A stretch of DNA of 64,000 nucleotides, from positions 386,694,001-386,758,000 of the forward strand of contig OZ024740.1 in assembly GCA_964016885.1 (NCBI GenBank), in the 5' to 3' direction. Of this stretch, positions 14,700 through 28,234 are shown one piece after another. The notes beneath the pieces are model-generated. The model was not told the origin of the DNA. It made no database searches and saw only the letters and a program-made list of their open reading frames with translations. The DNA is from Eledone cirrhosa. Lineage: Eukaryota. Position 1 is the first letter of the stretch. Every line of letters begins with the position of its first letter. The translations under genes were made by a program, and so were the position numbers.

Positions 14700-16010
14700 A
14701 CAGCTCCAGACTTTCACGAGCCAACTGGGCTTGGTTGACGGCCATCCAGCTCTCTTTCTGCCGAGGAACTGCTTCGCCATGCCGAAGTTCCTCTATACAC
14801 TCCGAAGCGCTCCATGCTACACCCAGACATCTCTCCTCGCTGAGCTCGATACTTGTATCCGAGCAGCAGCCGAGGGGATATGCAACGTCAAGTTTGACGA
14901 CATAGGGTGGCAACAGGCCACTTTACCGGTCAGGTATGGCGGCCTTGGCCTCCGGTCCCCGATCTCACTAGCTTTGCCGGCGTATCTTTCGTCGGTAACC
15001 TCGTGCCGCGTCCTCGTCAGCAGGGTTCTTCAAAATACAACAGAACCCTCTGTGTTCAGAGAACGTGAGGTCGCCTGTGAGACGTGGGACCGGCTGGGAC
15101 TTAGCCCAGTAGACGTCTCTCCTCCTTCTCCCCCTGTTCACGTCAAGTCCCCCCACCGCACTTTGGATGCCATCCAGTGCAACCTGGCCTCAGACAGGCT
15201 CACGCGCCAGCTCGACCAGCACCGCCTTGCTTGTTTTCGTGCGGCCTCCAAACCCCACAGTGGTGCCTGGCTCCATGCCCTGCCCTCCTTCTCCACTGGC
15301 ACGCAGCTAGACAACCATAGCCTGCGAATCGGCGTTTCCCTGAGGCTCGGCCTCCGGATCTGCCAGCCACACCAATGTCGCTGCGGTTCCACCGTGAACT
15401 CTTTCGGTCTCCACCCGCTTTCCTGTCGCAACAGTGCCGGCCGCATTCCACGCCATGCTGCCCTCAACGAGGTCATTAAGCATGGCTTGGACGCTGCAGG
15501 CTTCCCTTCCCAGCTCGAGCCGGTGGGGCTGGATCGAGGGGACGGCAAAAGGCCAGATGGTATGACCATCTTCCCGTTCCGCGGTGGCAAACCCCTCGTC
15601 TGGGATGCCACTTGCACCAACACTTTCTGCAGCTGCAACCTGGTGCAGTCTGTGACTGACCCAGGTTCTGCTGCACGTCGGGCTGAGGGGACCAAACTCC
15701 TCAAATACCGGTCGCTCTCCAACAGGTTTGCGGTCGTTCCCCTGGCAGTGGAGACTTCTGGTGTCCTCGGCCCCAGGGCTACCTCCTTACTCACCACCAT
15801 AGGCGCTGAGCTGGCCAGCCGCAGGTGAGAGCCCCGCGAGTTGGAGTGGCTTTTCCAGCGCGTCTCCCTTGCCGTCCTCAGGGGAAACGCCTTCTCCATT
15901 CTGTCCGCTGGGGATGTGGGTGGGCCCCATCGCGTACCAATACATTAGTTAAATACCAATCTTTCATGTGATATATCTCTAAATTATATTTTGTACAATA
16001 ATAAATTACA
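14700..16010 (+). mobile_element. 5'-truncated CRE-like non-LTR retrotransposon (RT C-terminus, Zn knuckle, restriction-like endonuclease)
   Basis: GGLGLR, SGAWLHALP, LRLGL, CxCG..H.LSC, RH..LN, EPxGLDRGDGKRPDG, LVWDAT, PLAVETSG; premature TGA at 15826 then LFQRVSLAVLRGNA to stop 15948; AATAAA ~16000; GC-rich. Confidence 0.85.
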
Positions 16011-16080
16011 TGTTATTTACAGGAATTGCACATGTGTTTTACTGAAGTGAGTGGATATAATAAAAAGAAGCACACACATA

Positions 16081-16174
<94 letters not shown>

Positions 16175-16305
16175 CTAGAAAGTTCCCCTTGGAGGCACAA
16201 GTCTGAGTAAAATTGTTTATGGAAGACTACCAGTCGGCCGTGCATACCAATCTCCCCTCTCCGCGCCACCGATGTTGTCCAAGAGAAAAGCAATGCCCGA
16301 TACAG

Positions 16306-16353
<48 letters not shown>

Positions 16354-16356
<3 letters not shown>

Positions 16357-17149
16357 ATATGTTGAAAAGGTAACACACCAGAGAGAGATATACAGTGGGC
16401 TATCAATAAAACAGGGAAAAAACCACCAGTGTATGGAATCTATAACCTATGAAAGGCAGACTATAGACACGATAATTAAAAATATAAATTAAAGCGTAAA
16501 TAAATACCTCTATAACTATATAACACACGTACAAATCCAAAGAGATCTGTTTCGCCAGTAATTTGTTGACAGAAATGGAATAACCTCGGTTCCTCAGCGT
16601 GTGTAAGGCCATACATTTCAGACAACACTAAGAGAATTTTAAAAGTGACTGTCCAGCTACACCTGGGAGAGAGAAGTCACAGCGTGTTTAGGGGCAGTGA
16701 ACCAGTGGCCTCTGAGGGACGAGCTGCTAGAAAGGGCAGCCCAAAACCACTCAGAGAAGTGTGCTCAACCAAACAGAGAGATAGGAAAGACTGTTATAAG
16801 GAGCGAAATATCACGATAAATTAACGGAGCCATAGGCCCTCGTCATTCCCTGTAAATAAAGTGCTCAAAGGAGAAGAAATCCTGAGCTCTTTAAAATACA
16901 ATATGTTGAAAAGGTAACACACCAGAGAGAGATATACAGTGCGCTATCAATAAAAGAGGGAAAAAATGACCAGTGTATGGAATCTATAACCTATGAAAGG
17001 CAGACTATAGACGTCAACAAATTACTGGCGAAACAGGATCTCTTTGGATTTGTACGTGTGTTATATAGTTATAGAGGTATTTATTTACGCTTTAATTTAT
17101 ATTTTTAATTATCGTGTCTATAGTCTGCCTTTCATAGGTTATAGATTCC
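16354..17149 (-). mobile_element. Non-coding PLE-derived unit: tandem direct repeat (period ~544 bp) plus an inverted pLTR piece
   Basis: 16354-16468 repeated at 16898-17012; 17013-17149 is the reverse complement of ~16434-16570. Confidence 0.75.
16524..16603 (-). ncRNA. Type I hammerhead ribozyme, family G
   Basis: cacacg-CTGAGGA-...-GAAA-cagatc(tcttt)ggatttg-TA-cgtgtg; stem II irregular. Confidence 0.7.
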
Positions 17150-17288
17150 TTTTAGGGTCCGTCAAGCCACCGATTATTGAATCGGGTAGGATCGATACAG
17201 ATCGAACCTTGAGCTGATCAGTGGCGAAACACGCGTCACCTATCAATAAATGCAATGAAGGAGTAATCAATCGTCCTTATTATCCTTT

Positions 17289-17342
<54 letters not shown>

Positions 17343-17344
<2 letters not shown>

Positions 17345-17640
17345 TTATTAAAATAACAGATTAAAGTTTAAGCAAAGAATCGCTGCTTTCACCCTTATCG
17401 TCTTCCTGTCTTCCTCCGGTTGCAACGTTTTTTGAAATATCCACTTCTGCGTTTCAAGATTGACTTTGTTAGTTTCAGAAGATCCCGTTAAGGGTGGAAG
17501 CAGCGATTCTTTGCTTAAACTTTAATCTGTTATTTTACTAAATATTTGCTCTACGGTTCTTATATATTTGATATATATTTATCCTTATCGAGCCCTCTTT
17601 GGATTTTAGTCTTCAAATTTATTATTATTACTATTATTAT

Positions 17641-17643
<3 letters not shown>
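17343..17643 (+). mobile_element. Solo pLTR with a short inverted end; HHR-like motif family H at 17471-17521
   Basis: 17343-17395 is inverted at 17490-17543; homologous to 30255-30590. Confidence 0.7.
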
Positions 17644-17728
<85 letters not shown>

Positions 17729-17886
17729 CGGCCATTGCCATTTTATTGATTTATTAATTTAAATCGAGACAGGCAAACCATATTATGTTAAATTAGTACT
17801 TTTTCAACTTAGCTTACTTGGTCATTTGCAATCCGAACACTTCTATAATTGTATAGATGTTCATCCCTCATATATTCATTTGTATA

Positions 17887-17958
<72 letters not shown>

Positions 17959-19243
17959 AACAAGTAAGACCCCGGCGGCTGAGCTCAAGCCGTTTCGACG
18001 GCTAATTCTGGACTGAATGAAAATTTATTCTGGTATTTAAATAGCCGAGCTTATCAAGGGGTAATTCCATATATGGTCAAAGAGATAATCACCAGGATTG
18101 GTCACATCACAAGTTAGTAGTAAATCTGTGATGGCAAATTGGTGGGGGAAGGGGTAGCTAAACCTGCCAGTAGGAGAAAAAGGGAGAGGGGGTGGAGTAG
18201 ACCCATTCATGCGTTGGTAGTGCCGGCTACAGCTGGGCGTGAGGTCAAAGAGGATACTGGGGAGAGGGAGGGGGAGGAAGTCGAAGCGGTAAGTAGAACA
18301 ATAAAGGGTAAAACTATAAAAGGTACTGAGAATGAAAAAGAAAGAAAAAAAATAAGCAAAGTCTGGTTACTAAGACTTAAGTCTCTCGCTATTGCTAGGC
18401 TAAAGAAATACATAAATAAATAAATAAACAAATAAGTGAATAAAAGAATAGATAAATAAATTTTAAAAAAATATATAATAAAGAATAAAAAAATAAATAA
18501 TAATAATAAAAATAAACTAGGTGGGACGGAAATAAAGGGACCCTTATACGAGGTATAAGTGCGTGTATCGTACGGTGACGGGTCAACAAAGGGGGGGCCA
18601 AAATACTAAAGAGACTACCACGAAATAATAAAGGTTTCTACCCCAATCACAGAGCCAGCAACCACCCAGTGCAAGAAAGTAAACTAGTACGAGAATATAA
18701 TTCAGGGTCCCGCAAAAAAATACTAATGCTAACTCTAAGGGTACCGCCACGAAACAAAAAGTCTTATACAAGCTACATGAAAGATCGTACGAAGTAAAAG
18801 TAAAGAACGGAAAATTAATACAGAACCACCCCCCACCCCCACCCCCACCCCCAAAAAAGAGAAAAAGAAGAAAGAAATACTGGATAAACGAGAAATTAAA
18901 GCAAAGATGCCACTAAGAAATATAGAAGGCACGGAAAAAAGGGACAGCAGTCGGAGAAGGGGGCAAGTATCCGAAGTCTAACACCTCTGCTATAAAAAGC
19001 GGAGTCAGCCAAATCTATCATAGAATAGGGGAGGGGGGTGGGGTGCTGAAGCTACAAGGGACCGAGGGGCTACCTCGGGTGGGCGAGAAAAAGACGACGA
19101 CAAAGAAAAGGAACTGGGGCAGAAGGACTAGGGAGGGATGGGGGAAAGAAGGAAATATAGAGGAAGCGATAAAAGAATGTAAAATATCTTACGTCTCCAT
19201 TGGCAAGCAGGGGTTACCCATTACAATATAGACAAGTGGGGTG

Positions 19244-20545
19244 TTATAGCCCTAGTCTACCCCCCCCCCCCCCCGGGTCATTATGGGGTTTGAGGGCGAG
19301 GTAAGTCCTACGTAATCGGTGTTTACATGCAGTAACCAGTTCATCTTTCTTGTTTAGGAATTGGTCCGTCGAAAACAGCATTTGTAAAGTTTCCTCCGAG
19401 CATAAATTGCACGGACGGCGTCCTCCCGTGTAAGAGTTGGCTCTGGACAGTAATTTCCAAGTGAGATCATAGTTGATGTTGTTGTCCTTGAGGTCCCATA
19501 TGTGGCCCGAAAGTGTAGTGGCGTGACGCCGGGCCGGGTTTCGGAAGGTATGTCTGCGTTGGTATAGCCGGGTCTTGAAGTCACATGCGGTTAATCCTAT
19601 ATAAGCTTTGTTGGAGGTGTCCGTGCTCACGTTGCACTGGTAGATCACATTACGGTCTCTTCATCTGTTGTCGAGGGGGCAACTGGATCTATCAGGACAG
19701 TTGCACCTCCTGGTCGGCTCTCCACTGCTATTTAGGTTGTTTCTTCCATCGGGGTTGAGTTTTTTGTTGTTGGAGGAGACGATGTTTTGTGCGAAGTTAG
19801 GTGTAGTGCTGTAAGAGAGTTTGATGGTATTTTTGTTAATTATGTTGTGGTAGCGGTGTTGTAGTGGGAAGTGTTTTTCAATGAGCCTAAAGAAAATTTT
19901 CCCGATGGGAGTTGTCACCTCGGCGTTGTGGGGAGGATTGAACCATGTTACATTACGTGAGCGGCGGTGTCGCCTGCTGGTTCCGCTAATGGGAGCTGGA
20001 CAGTAGGATATTTCCTCCCGGAAACCACTCCGCTTGAGTGCCTGATTGTAGTAAGGCGCATGTTCATCGAATATCTTCTCATTAGCTGACAAACGGGATA
20101 TGCGGCGGAGGGAGATGATTTTGATCAGGTTGTTGGTGATGTTCCTAGGATGGTTAGATCGGCGGTGGATGTAGTGCAGGTTGTCATTGGGTTTCCTGTA
20201 TGGTAGTACAGGTCATTATTGAGATCAAGGGTAACGTCCAGGAAATTAACTCGGGTCAGGGACGTTTGTAGGGTTATTTTAAATCCCCAGTCGCGGAAGA
20301 AGCTGATTAATTGTTTACGGACCCGATCTGTACTTCTGGGGTTGTTCCCTTTAAGGGTAAGGAGCCCATCATCACGGTACAATCCACCACCGAATGCAGG
20401 AAACATATCAGTGAGTTTGGCTATAAGGAATAATCCTATAAGATATGTGACCTCCGCCGAATCCGTCGCGCCCATGCTGACGTCGAAGGGTGAGTCGGGA
20501 GCTCTTTTTATCCATTTGGAGTTGTCAAAGAGTAAGACTGTCTTG
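19244..20545 (-). pseudogene. PLE RT C-terminal half + GIY-YIG endonuclease, frameshifted
   Basis: FDVSMGATDSAEV, GGLYRDDGL, VNFLDVTLDL, RNVTWFNPP, IKLSYS, CNC..CPL, IYQC..YIG, CNLCSEE spread over three frames. Confidence 0.9.
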
Positions 20546-21816
20546 TAAACACCGATTACGTAGGACTTACCTCGCCCTCAAACCCCATAATGACCCCGGG
20601 GGGGGGGGGGGGTAGACTAGGGCTATAACACCCCACTTGCCTATATTGTAATGGGTAAACCCTGCTTGCCAATGGAGACGTAAGATCTTCTTTTACATTC
20701 TTTTATCGCTTCCTCTATATTTCCTTCTTCCCCCCATCCCTCCCTAGTCCTTCTACCCCAGTTCCTTTTCTTTGTCGTCGTCTTTTTCTCGCCCACCCGA
20801 GGTAGCCCCTCGGTCCCTTGTAGCTTCAGCACTCCCACCCCCCTCCCTTATTCTATGATAGATTTGGCTGACTCCGCTTTTTATAGCAGAGGTGTTAGAC
20901 TTCGGATACTTGTCCCCTTCTCCGACCGCTGTCCCTTTTTTCCGTGCCTTCTATATTTCTTAGTGGCATCTTTGCTTTAATTTCTCGTTTATCCAGTATT
21001 TCTTTCTTCTTTTTCTCTTTTTTTTTTTGGGGGGGGGGGGGTGTTTCTGTATTAATTTTCCGTTCTTTACTTTTACTTCGTACGATCTTTCATGTAGCTT
21101 GTATAAGACTTTTTGTTTCGTGGCGGTACCCTTAGAGTTAGCATTAGTATTTTTTGCGGGACCCTGAATTATATTCTCGTACTAGTTTACTTTCTTGCAC
21201 TGGGTGGTTGCTGGCCCTGTGATTGGGGTAGAAACCGTTATTATTTCGTGGTAGTCTCTTTAGTATTTTGCCCCCCCCCCCCCCCTCCCCCTTGTTGACC
21301 CGTCACCGTACGATACACGCACTTATACCTCGTATAAGGGTCCCTTTATTTCCGTCCCACCTAGTTTATTTTTATTATTATTATTTATTTTTTTATTCTT
21401 TATTATATATATTTTTTTTATTTATTTATCTATTCTTTTATTCACTTATTTGTTTATTTATTTATTTATGTATTTCTTTAGCCTAGCAATAGCGAGAGAC
21501 TTAAGTCTTAGTAACCAGACTTTGCTTATTTTTTTTTTATTTTTCATTCTCAGTACCTTTTATAGTTTTACCCTTCATTGTTCTACTTACCGTTTCGACT
21601 TCCTCCCCCTCCCCTTCCCCAGTATCCTCTTTGACCTCACACCCAGCTGTAGCCGGCACTACCAACGCATGAAAGTGTCTACTCCACCTCCTCTCCCTTT
21701 TTCTCCTACCGGCAGGTTTAGCTACCCCTTCCCCCACCAATTTGCCATCACAGATTTACTACTAATTTGTGATGTGACCAATCCTGGTGATTATCTCTTT
21801 GACCATATATGGAATT

Positions 21817-21910
21817 ACCCCTTGATAAGCTCGGCTATTTAAATACCAGAATAAATTTTCATTCAGTCCAGAATTAGCCGTCGAAACGGCTTGAGCTCAG
21901 CCGTCGGGGT
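21817..21910 (+). ncRNA. Hammerhead ribozyme with U3-A8 core variant, family I (inverted copy at 17969-18062)
   Basis: acccc-TTGATAA-gctcggcta...tagccgtc-GAAA-cggct(tgagctc)agccg-TC-ggggt. Confidence 0.8.
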
Positions 21911-22001
21911 CTTACTTGTTCCTATTACCCACTCTACTACCCTAAGTATTGAGTACTTTGGTGCGTTATGGTCCACCTGGTTCCTTAACACTTTTCCTTC
22001 G

Positions 22002-22085
<84 letters not shown>

Positions 22086-22165
22086 TATAAATAACAATCA
22101 AAGAGTGTTGAAAACATTTAATTACTTACGATCGTTTCATCCTAGCACAAGGCCAAAATCACCAA

Positions 22166-22206
<41 letters not shown>

Positions 22207-22327
22207 TGACTACCTCTTTCTATATATATAAGGTTCCATTTTACACCCAGTCTTCTTCTCAACAAGGAAGATGAACAGACCTTCTTCAACACTTAATTTT
22301 AAATAATTCTTTTTAATTGTAATATTC

Positions 22328-22375
22328 AACATTTGATAAGATGTATTACACCGATACATCGAAAACGGTTATTTT
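22328..22375 (+). ncRNA. Hammerhead-like motif with U3-A8 core, family J
   Basis: aacat-TTGATAA-gatgtat(tacaccg)atacatc-GAAA-acgg-TT-atttt; 7-bp perfect stem II, weak stem I. Confidence 0.5.
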
Positions 22376-22499
22376 TTTTTATATTTTATATATTTTATAT
22401 ATTTTATGTACATTATAAAACTCCTTTTTTAGAAAGTGACTGACTGCATCATTTCATAAAACATATACTGCTGCGGCCTCACCCCACAAGACATACATC

Positions 22500-23800
22500 A
22501 ACTTTTATCCGTCATCGTAGCAAATACATATTTCACTTTCCATCACCACACGTACAAACAAACAACAAGCCTACCCATGGGATCCAATCTTTCAAGCCTT
22601 CTGGCCATCACCTATATGAACCAACTGGAACGTCGAGCGTTTAACACTTGCCACTCCTGTATCTTCTTCACCCGATACATAGATGATATGCTCATCTTCA
22701 CATCATCCCGTGAAGAGGCCGCCATAATATCTACAACATTCTCAAACATAGATAACAACATAAGATTTACCATAAAACACCCCGATAAAAATGGTTCCTT
22801 GTCCCTGCTGGACTTCCAGCTTATAATAACAGAAGAAGGTGCTATATTCACCAACTTCTATAGGAAAGCCGCCAGCAGAGACATGTCTGTGCATTATAGA
22901 TCAGCCTTTAGCAGTATGGTTTATAGATGTTATTGAGACACGAGTGACATAATAATGATTTCAACAGCAGAAATTAGAGATGAAATATATGTTTATTTTT
23001 GATGTAGCACAAACAATGGTGTGGTACAGAGGCTGGTTTCTGGCGTGTGATCAGTCTGCTTTCCAGTGGCTGTCTGTTTTTTTTCTCGCGTTCTCAACCA
23101 GCGTTGTTCTATCAAGAGGCGTGAGGCGTCTTACTACAAGCCCTTCTCCTTGACGATAAAACCGGATACATAAAAATGAACTTACGCGTATCCGGAATAA
23201 ATGCAGCAAGACAGACACTGTACACTTCATGAATATACTGAAGACGAACGGATATCTAACATCCACAGTGAATTGTCTTAGGAATCGAAGGCGCTTCAGA
23301 CATAAGACCTCTTCTAAAACCTGTTTCATGAAAGTACCACACTTCAGCGAAAGCATAACCACAGCTATCCGCAAAGAAGGGCTGGGCATACAATTAGCAC
23401 ACTCCGGCCATTCACTGCGTTGATACCTATCTAAAAAGCAATCCAGAGACAACAACAACCAATGCTCGCTGACTAATAGCCCTATCCGCGACACAGGTAT
23501 GTGCTAGCGGATACATGTGGCATACCGGATTGAATGCAGCAATTGTAAGGAGTTCTACATTGGGAGCACGATTCAAGCACTCCACACTCACATTAAAAAA
23601 CACCTCAACACACACGCATCCCCATTCAAAAACACGTTGACAAATGCAGAAACACCTACAAAAATATAACAGTCAATATTGATACCAGAGAGAGAAATGG
23701 GGGAAATTTAAGAATTAAGGAAGCCTCACTTATAACCCACAAATAAATAACAGATTAGAACTCAGTATGCAATACTTGACATAATAAGACACATCCACAT
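22500..23800 (+). pseudogene. Degraded Penelope-like RT/GIY-YIG remnant, interrupted at ~22910-23140
   Basis: MGSNLSSLLAITYMNQLE, FTRYIDD, LSLLDF, FYRK; downstream LKTNGY and degenerate YRIECS..FYIGST. Confidence 0.75.
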
Positions 23801-24099
23801 CCACACACACACACACACACAACCTAAACTACACCTCATATAAGGAAACTGATTCCATGAAATATAACATTGGAAATTGACGTCGTCCTCGAACTTCTTG
23901 TAAATAGCAACGCTTGAAAACGGTTTATAAAATGTAAATATAAATTTAATTCCAAAGAGAAGAAACTGGAACATTTTTCTTTGAGAGTTCCTTATATTCT
24001 GAAGAAGGGAATTTTAAGTCCCGAAATATTAGAACAAAAGAAACAACAGCAAAAAAAAAAAAAAAGATTACCAGGTAACTAACTTTTACGTTATCTTCT

Positions 24100-24580
24100 T
24101 GTGTGCGCCCTGTTGACGCTTCGTGCTTTCATCACACGCAGGTCCCGGCCCTGTGTACGTCGCCGTGTTATTGACACCGTAAAACTCACGTCTGTGCTAC
24201 TTCTACTAAGATCCCTTTTGTTGCACCTACATCACAGTATAAACGCTCTGCGCAAGTATGCCGAACAGCGGTTGTGCTAATTCCGCGGTGACCCCTTTTG
24301 TCGCACCTTTGTTGCTGTGTAAATGCAATGAACCAGTGCTGCCCAGCGTTTGTGCTAATTGCATTATGACCCCCTTCTGCTACAGCTCCGTTGCCACGCT
24401 GATTTCGTCATCTCAATATCCCTACTTAAACGTACATCCCTACTTGGTTTTCACACAATTGGCTACGTCGCTCCTCAATCATTCCCTGAGAATAAGGGAA
24501 TTCAAAAAGTACACAGCTACATTCCTCAATCTTTGCATATGCGTGTTGCTACCCCGTGCAACGCCGGGTCCTGCTGCTAG
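24100..24580 (+). mobile_element. Helitron-like 3' end
   Basis: ccccgtgcaacgccggg hairpin followed by CTAG|t at 24577-24580; 5' boundary uncertain. Confidence 0.55.
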
Positions 24581-24673
24581 TATATTAATACAATGCTTCA
24601 AGTAAACTATATTTTATAGTGTGCGTGTGTATGTATGTACACACACACACATAATAAAATATAGTTTACTTGA

Positions 24674-24706
<33 letters not shown>

Positions 24707-24724
24707 GTAATAATAATAAATTGA

Positions 24725-25214
<490 letters not shown>

Positions 25215-25218
25215 GTAT

Positions 25219-25680
25219 TAATAAGAGGAATTCCAACTTTGTCTGATTTACTCGTTTTATTTACAATCCTTTAAAATTTATAATGGTATTATAATGAAAT
25301 AGTATGATAGAATATTAAATTCTAAGTGTTAATTGAACAAGAACTTTCATGCTTTCGCAATCTTCAGGTTCATAATATGTGGTGACAGTCAAGTTTGCAA
25401 TTGTCAACTGTAATGAGATGGGTAAATTTTCAACCTTATATACAGTGAAAAGTGGCACCAGAATGCTAAATCTTGCAAACTGTGTTTCGACCAATCAGTG
25501 TGTAGTTTCACTGAATTACTAAAGCTGATTGGTTTAAGCGTCTCGGCTGGTTGAGCATGTCTAACGACCAATAATTAATCATATCCAAAGCATCAATTGT
25601 TTTGCTATTTTTAGAAATGATGAAAATAGCATTTTCTAGTAATCATCACCATCAACATCACTTTTATTATTATTATTATT

Positions 25681-25740
<60 letters not shown>

Positions 25741-28025
25741 AGTGGTCGTAGTCATAGTCATAGTCATAGTAGAAGTAATACTCATAAGCGTCATTATTGT
25801 TCATTTAGCTTGGGTTTGAATTTATCAATAAAATTCTTTTCTTTGATTTTTCTCTTGATTTCACTTGGGCTGTGTAATTTGTAGAATGGGAATATTATAA
25901 ATATTCCCTGACCACATGTTGCTAGATGGTTACTTAGGGTTATCTGACGGACATTTGGGTCTCTGATTTGCTGACGTGCACGTTCCGATAGTGCATTTCC
26001 AGTTTGACCGACATATAGTTCTTCACAATTCGGGCATTTAATGCAGTAAATTAGATTTCTGCTTTTGCAGTTCATATTTGCATTTGGGAATATTTTTCCT
26101 GTTTTTTTTTTCATATATTGACCGGCGTGTATGGATTGACATGTGCCGCATCGACTATCATTGCATTTAGATACAGTGAATGATTGGTCTTTGTTGTTAA
26201 GGTCAAACTTTGCTTTTGTTAGTAATTGCTTCAAATTTTTTGGCTGTCTTTTACTAAGAGTCAAAGATCGATCTGTGATTAAGCCTTTTAATTCATTACT
26301 TTGAGCAATGATCGGTAGGTTTGCTTTGGCAGTGTTGAAGATATTCTGGTGACATGGGTTGTGTGTCATTATAAATGGTATGACCAGTTCTTGGTTTCTT
26401 CTTCTTTGGGTTGTCCTAAGTTGTTGTATAGGTATTTTTATAGCTCGCTGTATACCATTTTCTATAAGTAGAGATGGGTATTTTTGTTTGAGCAAAAATT
26501 CTCTTAGTTCTGTTAGGCGTTTGTACCTGGTATTCGTATCTTCTACAATGGTACAAATTCTTCTGGCTAGGCAGTATGGGATGTTGCGTTTTGTATGAGG
26601 TGGATGGCACGACTTAAAATTCAGATATTGATGGGTGTCTGTGTGTTTATAATATATATCCGTGGTAATGGTGGTGTCGTTTTTGATTATCATTATATCT
26701 AGGAATGGTAATTTGGTCCTACTCATCTCTTTTGTGAATTGGAGAGATGGGTGTAGGTTATTCAGGAGGATATTGAACTCATCCAGAGTATCTGGAGATT
26801 CTGTCCAGATGATGAAACAGTTGTCAAGGTATCTCTTCCAAGATTTTTCAATGTACTTTCTAAAGTCAGTACTATATTTTTCCTCTATTTCTTGGTAGAG
26901 TTGTTGTTCTAAGTATCCCATTACAAAGTTCGCGTAAACGGGAGCAAACATCGTTCCCATCACTGTGCCTCTAATTTGGATGTAATTCTTTCCATTGAAG
27001 AAGAAAGTGTTGTTTTCCAGAATAAGTTTAACTGCGTCTAATATAAATGGCGCTGTGAATCTGATGGGAATCACTTCTCTATGTTTTTCCACCCAGTATT
27101 TAACCGCCTTTATTCCTAAATCATGTGCAATGTTGGTGTAAAGGCTTACCACATCAAAACTGAGTAGAAGTGAATTCGTTTCCGTGGTTTTGGGAAGATG
27201 GGACAGGAAGTCGATATCATCCCGGATGAAACTGGGTATGTGAATACATAGTGGTTTCAAAATAATGTCAACAAAATTGCTTAGACGGTGGGTGGGGCAT
27301 GTTGGACCAGCTATAATAGGTCTAAGTTTTAAGTCTTTTGGGTGTAGTAATTTAATGTACTCACTGTTTTGTTCTCTTACTGCCAGTTGTATTTCTTTTG
27401 ACTTATGAACTTTCGGTAGGCCATACAGGTTGCTGGGTTTCGGCTCAAAATTGGTGATGTAGTCTCTTTCCTTATCAGTAAATGAGTTGTGGTATTTTGA
27501 AGCCAGGTTGTTGATCTTCTTCATGATGTTGTGGTCTATATTTGACGGTATTTCATGATAGAATGTTGTGTCTTTCAGTTGTTCCTCAACCAAATCCTTG
27601 TAGTATTCAGTATCCATTATAACAACTGCACCCCCTTTTATCTGCTTGTTTAATTATTATTGTTTTATCATTTTGTATACGTTTAAGTGCAGACATTTCT
27701 GATTTGTTAATGTTTGGCCTAACATTAGTATTATGTCTAAGAGGAAATTTAGACAGGATGTCAATGTATTGGTCGAGATAGATATTTCTTCCTTTTGGCG
27801 GAGTGAAATTTGATTTATTCTTTACTAGTGATTCATCACTCTCATTACTTTTATCAGCGAAGAATTCTACAAGACGTAATTTTCGACAGAATTCTTGGGT
27901 ATCCTCCATTATAATACCATTATAAATTTTAAAGGATTGTAAATAAAACGAGTAAATCAGACAAAGTTGGAATTCCTCTTATTAATATAATCTTCTATAC
28001 ACAATCATACACACCCGTGTATATT
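25219..28025 (-). mobile_element. 5'-truncated Neptune-like Penelope element with 3' pLTR and 5' inverted pLTR
   Basis: 25219-25295 is inverted at 27907-27984 plus an extension; HHR family D at 25334-25372 (-); flanked by (TA)n. Confidence 0.9.
25794..27909 (-). pseudogene. PLE reverse transcriptase + Zn linker + GIY-YIG, one frameshift near 27630
   Basis: FCRKLRL, IIIKQADK, LYGLPKVHK, RPII, SFDVVSLYTNI, GTVMGT, RYLDN (expected DD), LPFLD, YLNFKSCHP, CNDSRCGTC, LIYCIKC..LYVGQTG. Confidence 0.92.
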
Positions 28026-28043
28026 TATCTATCTATCTATATA

Positions 28044-28080
<37 letters not shown>

Positions 28081-28234
28081 ATACTTTGGAAGGGTCATGT
28101 TGCCAATAAGAAACACACGCACCAAATTCTTTCACTTCAATTTATTATAATAAATTTATAAATTTAGGAATTTATAAATTTCCGGTTGGTTGGTTGGATG
28201 TTTTCCATTGTGTTTTTCTCTAATTCCTGACTGT

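Larger units (their letters stand above)
17957..21983 (-). mobile_element. 5'-truncated Penelope-like element (YRDDGL type, Nematis-like) with a 1.37-kb inverted duplication
   Basis: 17957-19326 is inverted at 20545-21922, then a ~60-nt extension; flanked by (TA)n. Confidence 0.9.

Noticed and set aside
15138-15899. 253-aa minus-strand ORF
   Set aside because: Antisense shadow of the GC-rich CRE-like coding sequence
23994-24035. CTGAAGA-aggga..tccc-GAAA hammerhead-like core
   Set aside because: Stem I does not pair convincingly; at most a decayed copy
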